From positions 1 to 10,529 of the forward strand of contig JBEGVZ010000052.1 of the NCBI GenBank assembly GCA_041178085.1: DNA of 10,529 nucleotides. The letters run 5' to 3'. The position numbers and the translations under genes are program-made. Positions 1 through 6,477 of the stretch are shown here, piece by piece; position 1 is the first letter of the stretch, and the number at the start of each line of letters is the position of its first letter. The DNA is from Pseudomonadota bacterium. Its GTDB lineage: Bacteria > Bdellovibrionota_B > Oligoflexia > Oligoflexales > RGVZ01. A model generated the notes under the pieces. That model saw only the letters and a list, made by a program, of their open reading frames with translations. It made no database searches and was not told the DNA's origin.

Positions 1-338
1 TTTTCGCCGATGCTCAGCGCGAACTGCTTGCGGATCGTACCCGGAGCTGCCTGGGCCGGATTGGTTGCACCCATGATCTCGCGGTTTTTCGCCACGGCGT
101 TGGCGCCTTCAAGGGCCATCACCACCACGGGGCCAGAAGTCATGAAATCCACCAGTTCACCAAAGAACGGGCGTGCTTTGTGGACGGCGTAGAAGCCTTC
201 AGCTTCGCGACGGGAAAGCCATTTCATTTCCATGGCAGCAACTTTCAGACCCTCTTCTTCGAAGCGGGAAATGATTTTGCCGACAAGGTTGCGCTTGGTG
301 CCGTCTGGTTTGATGATTGAAAGAGTGCGTTCAGCCAC
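1..338 (-). CDS. ndk: Nucleoside diphosphate kinase (5' part; runs off window start)
   Basis: Not in the ORF track; translated by hand from GTG at 338: [112 protein letters not shown]. Classic NDK motifs ([28 protein letters not shown]). SD GAGGA lies 5 nt upstream. Confidence 0.98.
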   Translation of the reverse strand, partial: MAERTLSIIKPDGTKRNLVGKIISRFEEEGLKVAAMEMKWLSRREAEGFYAVHKARPFFGELVDFMTSGPVVVMALEGANAVAKNREIMGATNPAQAAPGTIRKQFALSIGE

Positions 339-368
339 GATGATCCTCGCCAAAAATAAGTTGGAAGG

Positions 369-396
369 ATCATAGCGGTTTCAATGCATTTGGCAA
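369..396 (-). promoter_or_regulatory. Putative sigma70 promoter of ndk
   Basis: Minus strand reads TTGCCA (396-391) - N16 - TATGAT (374-369), about 30 nt upstream of the ndk start. Confidence 0.55.
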
Positions 397-418
397 CCGC
401 CAGAAGGCGGGTGGCGGT
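396..418 (-). terminator. GC-rich hairpin downstream of the small lipoprotein gene (possible weak terminator or stabiliser)
   Basis: ACCGCCA (396-402) / TGGCGGT (412-418) inverted repeat, with an alternative CCGCC-agaa-GGCGG stem (397-410). No good U-tract. Confidence 0.3.
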
Positions 419-436
419 GGTCTGGTCAAGTTTGCG

Positions 437-691
437 TTAGAAGCAGCGCAACTCGCCCTGGACCTTGACGACGCGGGAGCCACCCATCTTGTGGCACCGG
501 CGCACAGCCTTCATGTAGGCGCGCTGCTCGTCTGAGTTGATTGGTTCCGAACCATCTTCGTTGCCAGCGACTTGCAGGGAGCTGCAGGCAGTAAACAAGC
601 AAAGCGCCAGGGAACAGGCGCTCAGGGCTTTGACGGCAGTCCGCACGATGCGGGCAACGCCGGTGACATGGGTGACCTGGGTGACTTTCAT
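437..691 (-). CDS. Small hypothetical lipoprotein (84 aa)
   Basis: SD GGAGG (705-701) 9 nt before ATG. Basic N-region, hydrophobic stretch and lipobox FTA-C. The mature part has two further Cys (RRC...LRCF), a likely disulfide. Confidence 0.75.
   Translation of the reverse strand: MKVTQVTHVTGVARIVRTAVKALSACSLALCLFTACSSLQVAGNEDGSEPINSDEQRAYMKAVRRCHKMGGSRVVKVQGELRCF
662..688. repeat. 3 x 9-bp tandem repeat (GGTGACnnn) encoding VTQ-VTH-VTG in the signal peptide N-region
   Basis: ggtgacatg ggtgacctg ggtgacttt is visible directly. Confidence 0.7.
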
Positions 692-746
692 GACTGGAAG
701 CCTCCGTGCTGGATATCGCGACCTGTTTCTTCTGGATTCAGGTTCA

Positions 747-755
747 ATTCTACCA
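747..755 (-). promoter_or_regulatory. Putative extended -10 promoter for the small lipoprotein
   Basis: Minus strand TG-G-TAGAAT (TGn + -10) in the greB/lipoprotein intergenic gap. No clear -35. Confidence 0.45.
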
Positions 756-768
756 CGGAATGCCGTTT

Positions 769-1260
769 TTACCCGAACTGCACCGACAGTATAACCATGT
801 CGCGGGGGCCGCGAGGGGTATGAACAGTAATGGAATCGCCGGGTTCCCGCCGCATGACAGCCCTGCCTAAGGGCGACTTCCAGCTGACTTTTTGGCGGGA
901 TGGGTCGGCTTCGTCTTCCCCGACAATTTGCCAGGATTTGGTGCTTCCGTCCTCGTCCTCAAGCTGCACCGTGGCGCCGAACAGGACGCGATTGCCGGTT
1001 TGACGGGTCGGGTCGATCACCTTGGCCGCGTCCAGGCGTCGTTTCAGGAAACCCATGCGCTTGTCGATCTCTCGCAGCCTTTTCTTGCCATAGATGTATT
1101 CGGCGTTTTCGGACCGGTCGCCCTGGAGGGCGGCCTGGTGAACCTCGTCCACAACGCGGGGGCGCTCCACATCAGCCAAATGGCGCAGTTCAGCCACCAG
1201 CTTTTCGTAGCCGCCGGGGGTGATGAGGTTTTGCTTCTCGTTGTATTGACCGTTGTCCAT
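769..1260 (-). CDS. greB: Transcription elongation factor GreB (163 aa)
   Basis: C-terminal part of ORF 769..2028: NLITPGGYEKLVAEL...ERPRVV...AA.QGDRSENAEYIYGKKRLREIDKR (GreB-type rather than GreA's GDLSENAEY), plus FGATV, IVGEDEAD and SWKSPLGRA. True start inferred at ATG 1260 from family length. Confidence 0.95.
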   Translation of the reverse strand: MDNGQYNEKQNLITPGGYEKLVAELRHLADVERPRVVDEVHQAALQGDRSENAEYIYGKKRLREIDKRMGFLKRRLDAAKVIDPTRQTGNRVLFGATVQLEDEDGSTKSWQIVGEDEADPSRQKVSWKSPLGRAVMRREPGDSITVHTPRGPRDMVILSVQFG

Positions 1261-1269
1261 GCCGGACAG

Positions 1270-1297
1270 AGTATAAACATTCCGGCGGCCGGGACAA
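1270..1297 (-). promoter_or_regulatory. Putative sigma70 promoter of greB
   Basis: Minus strand TTGTCC - N16 - TATACT (1275-1270). The -10 ends only 9 nt before the ATG and no SD is present. Confidence 0.45.
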
Positions 1298-1418
1298 TCC
1301 CGGCTGTTAACGATGCCACCCCTCTGGCGCTGCTGCCGCGCCAATGTCGAACGACTCTTCGAGCTTGCGACGTAACCGCCTGAAATCTCGGTAAAAAACC
1401 ATAACCCTGCGAAAGAAT

Positions 1419-1446
1419 TAAAGTTTAAAGACAGGCCGGCCGATAA
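1419..1446 (+). promoter_or_regulatory. Sigma28 (FliA/SigD)-type promoter
   Basis: TAAAGTTT (1419-1426) - N12 - GCCGATAA (1439-1446). Both 8-mers match the FliA consensus exactly; the spacer is 1 nt longer than the canonical N11. It ends 39 nt upstream of ATG 1486. Confidence 0.75.
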
Positions 1447-1485
1447 AGTCGGAGTTCTTTTGTGACAGGCATTTGGGAGGCGACC

Positions 1486-2730
1486 ATGGACCGAGGCTTG
1501 GTTTGGCATCGCAATTTCATGGCAATGGCCAGTCTGGGTTTGGGACTGGCGCTGGCAGGGGCCGTCTCCGGTTGCAAACGGACGAGTCCAGGTGGAAGTC
1601 TGCGCGGTGATTACAACCATGGTTGTTCCTGTAACGACTTGGAGTGCTGGCGAAAAAATTCGCAGCAAGGTTCCAAGGATGCTTTGAAGTGTGCAGCGAG
1701 TTCTCTCAATGCTGCGGCGGACATCGCCACGGCCGGCCAGGCCAGTAATGTGATTTTTGGCATCGAAGTTGTGGCGGGGGTGTTTGACCTTGCCAAGGAT
1801 ATTTCTGCCTTTGCCAGTCGCACCTACAGCATTAGTCAGGACGGTCTGACCCAGGTCAATCTTGCTGGCCTGTTGAAAGAGATTGCGACGGGCAAGGCGG
1901 ATGCCTTGAAGTACGCATTTGGCACGAGCTATGACAAGAACCCCAAACTTGCTTGCTGGTCCGACATCACCAAGAACGCTGGTGCGGTGGCAGGCCTGGT
2001 CGGTTCGGTGATCACCCTGAATGAGCATTCAGAGAACGCCAAGGCGTCGGGACGGCAGTTTGGCTTTGCCGAGATGGGCGATGTGGCCAAAACCGTCATG
2101 GGCGGGGTCGAAGCATCCTTTCGCTTCGGGTTTGCGCTCAATGCGTGCATCACCAATATCATGGACAATTCGGCGGCGGGGGACCTCAAGCTACTCCACG
2201 ACCGTTTGAAGAAATTCAGCGGCTACATGAAGGCTGGAGTCGCCTTGATCAACGACTGTGGGATCAACATGCTCAACAGCGGGTATGTGCTGGTCCAAAA
2301 TTCAGCGTGTCTTGTCGGTGATTTCAGCAATCTCATGGAAAGCAACAGCAGGCTATCGGATGAGCTCGACGCGACCTTGAATCGTCCGGCCCCGAATCCA
2401 CCGGGTGACAAGCCATACACGAGTTGCAACGGAGAGGAAACGGGCTGCAACCGTTTCGCCATGCAAAAATTTGGGATCTGGTTAGGCCAGCAAACCTATT
2501 TTTCTTACCTGACCCGGTCATCCCTGTGTGCTGACATGTGCGGCAACCAGGGGAGTGGTCAAAAAGAGTGTGAGGATTACCGGTTTGAAATATTTCAGGA
2601 CGATGCACCCTACTGCGTGCCTGTCTGTCGCACGAAACAGTGCACGTTGGCGGTCGATTCCTGCATTTCCTTCTGTTGCGGCCAGGAATCTGGCTGTACG
2701 GACGCTGCGCGGGCTAAAACCAATTATTGA
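1486..2730 (+). CDS. Hypothetical cysteine-rich lipoprotein (414 aa)
   Basis: SD GGAGG (1476-1480) 5 nt before ATG 1486, preferred over the ORF-track GTG at 1462. Signal peptide with lipobox VSG-C, 21 Cys in total, followed by a terminator hairpin. Confidence 0.88.
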   Translation: MDRGLVWHRNFMAMASLGLGLALAGAVSGCKRTSPGGSLRGDYNHGCSCNDLECWRKNSQQGSKDALKCAASSLNAAADIATAGQASNVIFGIEVVAGVFDLAKDISAFASRTYSISQDGLTQVNLAGLLKEIATGKADALKYAFGTSYDKNPKLACWSDITKNAGAVAGLVGSVITLNEHSENAKASGRQFGFAEMGDVAKTVMGGVEASFRFGFALNACITNIMDNSAAGDLKLLHDRLKKFSGYMKAGVALINDCGINMLNSGYVLVQNSACLVGDFSNLMESNSRLSDELDATLNRPAPNPPGDKPYTSCNGEETGCNRFAMQKFGIWLGQQTYFSYLTRSSLCADMCGNQGSGQKECEDYRFEIFQDDAPYCVPVCRTKQCTLAVDSCISFCCGQESGCTDAARAKTNY

Positions 2731-2751
2731 AAGGTAGAGAAATTACTGAAC

Positions 2752-2775
2752 AGGGATCCTGCTTGCAGGATCCCT
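2752..2775. terminator. Probable bidirectional rho-independent terminator
   Basis: Perfect inverted repeat AGGGATCCTGC-tt-GCAGGATCCCT between the convergent stops at 2730 and 2783, with modest T-rich flanks on both strands. Confidence 0.8.
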
Positions 2776-2782
2776 TTACGCT

Positions 2783-3118
2783 TTATTTGCAGGGGTCCTG
2801 GGTCGCTTTTGATTTTTCGCAGCTTTCGAGGGTGTTGAAGTCGCCCAGGTAAACCTCTTGCACCGTGCCGTTGCTCATTACATACACGCTGTTCAATCGT
2901 TTCATGTATCGAGGGCCCGGATCCACGCACGTGCAGTACTGATCCAGAACGGTGACATTGCCGGAATCGCGGCATTGTACGGAGGTTGATTCGCCGGATG
3001 GTCCCACAACGATAGTCTCGCCGGGCGACATGATCACGTCTCCAGCAAAGGCCATCACCGGCGCCAGGAAGATGGTAGCCAAAGTGGTTACTGCGAAGCT
3101 TGATAGAATCCGGACCAT
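2783..3118 (-). CDS. Small secreted hypothetical protein (111 aa, 5 Cys)
   Basis: SD GAGG upstream. Sec signal with A-F-A cleavage site, beta-rich mature region, and stop next to the terminator. Confidence 0.82.
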   Translation of the reverse strand: MVRILSSFAVTTLATIFLAPVMAFAGDVIMSPGETIVVGPSGESTSVQCRDSGNVTVLDQYCTCVDPGPRYMKRLNSVYVMSNGTVQEVYLGDFNTLESCEKSKATQDPCK

Positions 3119-3169
3119 CGGTAGACCTCTTCTTGATAGTGAATGGCTTTAAACCGGTCTATCAAAGCG

Positions 3170-3188
3170 GTCTTGAGCAGGGCAAGAC
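3170..3188 (-). terminator. Weak hairpin just after the globin stop
   Basis: GTCTTG-N7-CAAGAC stem 8 nt past the stop, followed on the minus strand by CGCTTT. Short U-tract. Confidence 0.3.
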
Positions 3189-3195
3189 GGAATTT

Positions 3196-3669
3196 TTACT
3201 GTGGATGGTTGACGATCTCGTCCGAGTTGAATCGTTTCTGGCAGTCATCGACGCTTTTCTTGATCAGGACTTTTTTGAATGCAGCATCGACGGCCAACCA
3301 TTCCGAGAACTCCGGGTCTGGGATTTTGGATTCGACCAGCGCTTCACGCAGCAGCTGGTGGCGCACTGCAAAAAGCTCCTCGGTAATCATCATGTGCACA
3401 TGGGCGTCGATGGGCATCCGACCCTGAAATATTTTTGGTCCTCCAAAAAGCATGCCCATGAAATCCGATTGCTGGCCCGAAATGTGCGTCTGGTCGATGC
3501 CCGCGAAATACTTGCCAATCCAGCTGTGTTGGTAAAGTTTTTCATAGAATATCTTGTGAACGCGGTCCAAAGTTGGCCGTCCGCCAAGTCGTTCGAAGAG
3601 CTTTTTACCCGCGCTCGATTTTTGCTCGATCTGCTGGGCGATACCGATGTCCGTGATGTAGTCCTTCAC
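3196..3669 (-). CDS. Group I (2/2) truncated hemoglobin, trHbN-like
   Basis: LFERLGG, B9-B10 FY, CD1 F (KYF), E-helix QQSDF, FGGP, proximal F8 His (DAH), and ITEELF. GTG start with SD GAGGT. Confidence 0.92.
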   Translation of the reverse strand: MKDYITDIGIAQQIEQKSSAGKKLFERLGGRPTLDRVHKIFYEKLYQHSWIGKYFAGIDQTHISGQQSDFMGMLFGGPKIFQGRMPIDAHVHMMITEELFAVRHQLLREALVESKIPDPEFSEWLAVDAAFKKVLIKKSVDDCQKRFNSDEIVNHPQ

Positions 3670-3773
3670 CAGCCACCTCGCATGGGCACAGATTGCTATC
3701 GTCCCGTCGCATTCCTGCCTGACCCCATTGTTTCTTTATTACCGCAGGGATGCAACCGGGGTGGCGGATCAGG

Positions 3774-4304
3774 TTAGAGGAAAAACAAGCCAGCGATGAG
3801 GATGATCCCGGCAATCAGACCAGCCAGCAGATCGTCCAGGCACGTGCCCAGCGGAGTCTCCCATGTCCGGTCAATCCAGCCCAAGGGGCCTGGTTTCCAA
3901 ATGTCAAAAATACGAAACAGGGTGAATGCGGCAAGGCACAGGAGCGTGAGTTCCAGGGGCTCCCAGTACAGGACCGACGGGGCCAGAAAAACCAGTGGCA
4001 AAAAAGCCAGGCTCTGGCCCATCACTTCATCGATCACAACGCGGCTGTCGTCGTGCACTTTCTCCGAGGCTTCAAACACGATGACTGACCATAACCCGAT
4101 CGCCAGAAGTCCCGTCCACAAGGCCAGCCCGTAAACCGGACGAACCGTCGCCGTCCGGGCCAGAATCAGGCCCATCACAACCCCGGGTATGCTGCCGAAG
4201 GTACCGGGGGCGGAAGGGGCGTAGCCAATGCCAAAGAAAGTCGCCAAAGCGTGGGCAGTGGCCTGAAGGAAAGTGCGCCGACCCGGGCGGAACATTTCAG
4301 GCAT
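3774..4304 (-). CDS. pgpA: Phosphatidylglycerophosphatase A
   Basis: ATFFGIGYAPSAPGTFGS, HDDSRVVIDEVMG, AFTLFRIFDIWKPGP and LDDLLAG motifs. Start at ATG 4304 overlaps the upstream stop (alternatives are 4295 and TTG 4316). Confidence 0.95.
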   Translation of the reverse strand: MPEMFRPGRRTFLQATAHALATFFGIGYAPSAPGTFGSIPGVVMGLILARTATVRPVYGLALWTGLLAIGLWSVIVFEASEKVHDDSRVVIDEVMGQSLAFLPLVFLAPSVLYWEPLELTLLCLAAFTLFRIFDIWKPGPLGWIDRTWETPLGTCLDDLLAGLIAGIILIAGLFFL

Positions 4305-4899
4305 CCGCAGGCTCAAAACGCATCAATTCTTCACCGGTAGCAACGCTTGCGCCTTCTTTGGCTTTGATGCCTGCAATCTTGACGCGCGCGGGGGCAACGA
4401 TCCGGTTTTCCATCTTCATTGCTTCGATGACCATGAGCGGGGCGCCTTCATCAACGATGACGCCTTCCGCAACATGTACTTTGAGGACCTTGCCAGTGAT
4501 TTGCGACCTCAACACTGGATTGCGCAGGCCCTTCGTGGCCTTGCCCATCTTGCTGGACCCACCCGGCAGCCACCGGGTTGTGGTCGCCTTGACCGACAAA
4601 GGGACGGCGGGCCCCTCGTCGCAAGGGAGTGCGCACTCCATTTCGCAGACAGCTTCCGAGTCCCCCGGGAAACGGAGGAGATTTAGTCGACGTACCGCCA
4701 CCGGACGTTCGCAGGCGGGATGGTCCTGGGTCGCCAGGACCAGAGTCCCTGCCGTGCGGTTGAAGCGCGCTGTGTATTTGCGTCCGTCAACTTCCACCTG
4801 GAACGACTGGTTCGCAGGAATGTGGTCCGGCAGGTTGACCACGACGGGCTTGGCCTCTGCGGCGGCCAGTTTACTTTCAAGTTGTACCTGAACTTTCAT
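4297..4899 (-). CDS. Biotin carboxyl carrier protein subunit of acyl-CoA carboxylase, with N-terminal extension
   Basis: C-terminal biotinyl domain with EAMKM (biotin Lys), GKVLKVHV.EG and EGASVATGEEL. About 125-aa beta-rich N-terminal region. Adjacent to the BC and CT genes. Confidence 0.92.
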   Translation of the reverse strand: MKVQVQLESKLAAAEAKPVVVNLPDHIPANQSFQVEVDGRKYTARFNRTAGTLVLATQDHPACERPVAVRRLNLLRFPGDSEAVCEMECALPCDEGPAVPLSVKATTTRWLPGGSSKMGKATKGLRNPVLRSQITGKVLKVHVAEGVIVDEGAPLMVIEAMKMENRIVAPARVKIAGIKAKEGASVATGEELMRFEPADA

Positions 4900-4914
4900 T
4901 CGTGTTTCCCCGGA

Positions 4915-6477
4915 TTAGCGGCGCAAGCCTTCCCATGCTGCAGTGTCGGCCCAGCGACTTCGCTGCGGCGTGTTGGCTCCCGGGGAAGTGTTCTCCCCCG
5001 ATGTCTTTCCCGGCGTTGAGCCATCGGTAGAAGTGGCGTACGAAAGGGCCGCCAAAATCGCCGCGGCATCCATGGCAAAGTGATTGTCTTCGTCGACTCC
5101 ACCGGATTTGTACTTCTCATCAAACCATGCTGCTTGCTCCTCAAGGAACTTCGTCGTGACTTTGCCGTTGATGAAGTCCTCGTTCTGTAGCAGCGCTTCA
5201 TGGAACTTTGCCGTCGTCGGCACTCCTTCCACCAGCATCTCGCCCAGGGCGCGGCGGATGCGTCGCAACACTTCATCCCTCGTTGAGCCAGAGATAATCA
5301 GTTTCGCAACCATCGAGTCGTACTCAGACGGGATCGTGTAGCCCGGGTACATGTGGCTGTCGACGCGGACATTGGGACCAGAAGGGAAAATGAGCTGCCC
5401 GACGCGCCCAGGCGCCGGTGCAAAACCCTTGCCCGGGTCCTCTGCGTTGATACGGAGTTCCATCGCGCAGCCCCGCAGGGGCACATCCTTCTGCACAAAT
5501 GGCAGGGGGTCGCCACAAGCCACGAGGATCTGTTGGCGGATCAGGTCAATCCCGGTGATGGATTCAGTCACAGGGTGCTCGACCTGGATCCTGGTGTTCA
5601 TTTCCATGAAGTAGATTTTTTCAGGCGATTCGCAGATGAACTCGATGGTGCCAGCGTTGCTGTAGCCTGCGGCTTTTGCAGCCTTGACTGCGGTTGCGCC
5701 GAGTTGCTCGCGTTGCGCCTGGGTCAAGTATGGGCTTGGTGCCTCTTCGACCAGTTTCTGATGGCGGCGCTGCACAGAGCAGTCCCGTTCCCACAGGTGC
5801 ACTCCGTTGCCGTGCTCGTCAAAAAGGACCTGGATTTCAATGTGTCGCGGACGTTCGATGTAACGTTCGCAGAACACGGCAGGGTTGCCGAACCAAGCCT
5901 GAGCCTCACGCTGGCAAGCCGCCAAGGATTCGGCCAGATCTTCGTCGCGACGGACCACTCGCATGCCTCGTCCGCCGCCACCAGCGGCAGCCTTCAGAAT
6001 CAATGGGTAGCCAATTTCACGCGCCAGTCTTTTCAGTTCTTCCGCAGATTCGAGCGGATGATCCGACCCTGGAGTCACAGGTACGTTGTGTTGGCGCATC
6101 AGTGTCTTTGCGGCGATCTTGTCGCCCATCAGGCGCATCGCTTCTGGCGTCGGGCCGATGAACTTGATTCCTGCCTTGCCCACAGCCTCTGCAAAGTCAG
6201 CATTTTCCGACAAAAAACCGTATCCCGGGTGGATCGCCTGGGCACCGCTGGTGCGGGCAGCTTCCAGCAACGCCGGAATGTTCAGATAGGTTTGGGCAGA
6301 AAGGCGGCCTGGTAGCCGGACGGCAAAATCCGCCAGACGCACGTGCATTCCGTCCTCATCCGCGTCGGAATAGACGGCGACACTCTGCATGCCCAGTTCC
6401 TTCAGGGCGCGGATGACCCGGACTGCGATTTCGCCCCGGTTTGCGACAAGAACTCTTTTAAAGCGGGATGTTGCCAT
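4915..6477 (-). CDS. accC: Biotin carboxylase subunit of acetyl/propionyl-CoA carboxylase
   Basis: [62 protein letters not shown] and YDSMVAKL. No internal biotinyl domain. ATG 6477 has GGAG 7 nt upstream; the ORF track starts at GTG 6501. Confidence 0.95.
   Translation of the reverse strand: MATSRFKRVLVANRGEIAVRVIRALKELGMQSVAVYSDADEDGMHVRLADFAVRLPGRLSAQTYLNIPALLEAARTSGAQAIHPGYGFLSENADFAEAVGKAGIKFIGPTPEAMRLMGDKIAAKTLMRQHNVPVTPGSDHPLESAEELKRLAREIGYPLILKAAAGGGGRGMRVVRRDEDLAESLAACQREAQAWFGNPAVFCERYIERPRHIEIQVLFDEHGNGVHLWERDCSVQRRHQKLVEEAPSPYLTQAQREQLGATAVKAAKAAGYSNAGTIEFICESPEKIYFMEMNTRIQVEHPVTESITGIDLIRQQILVACGDPLPFVQKDVPLRGCAMELRINAEDPGKGFAPAPGRVGQLIFPSGPNVRVDSHMYPGYTIPSEYDSMVAKLIISGSTRDEVLRRIRRALGEMLVEGVPTTAKFHEALLQNEDFINGKVTTKFLEEQAAWFDEKYKSGGVDEDNHFAMDAAAILAALSYATSTDGSTPGKTSGENTSPGANTPQRSRWADTAAWEGLRR

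Noticed and set aside
662..688. Tandem repeat as a CRISPR remnant or phase-variation switch
   Set aside because: Only three degenerate 9-mers, in-frame and without spacers. A copy-number change would not shift the frame.
1261..2028. 256-aa N-terminal extension of GreB (419-aa ORF), suggesting a fusion
   Set aside because: It runs antisense to the well-supported lipoprotein gene and across the divergent promoter region. The sequence is not protein-like, and GreB is full-length from ATG 1260.
3133..3165. FNR box near the globin
   Set aside because: FNR needs TTGAT-N4-ATCAA. Here the spacer is far longer and the site is downstream of the globin.
3683..3697. Sigma54-like TGGGCAC...TTGC on the plus strand
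   Set aside because: GG-GC spacing is 8-9 nt rather than the required 10, and it points toward no plus-strand gene.
4896..5276. 126-aa minus ORF overlapping the BCCP start, as a separate small subunit or frameshift product
   Set aside because: It is an Arg-rich alternate frame lying almost wholly within the BC gene, whose own frame gives a sensible tail.
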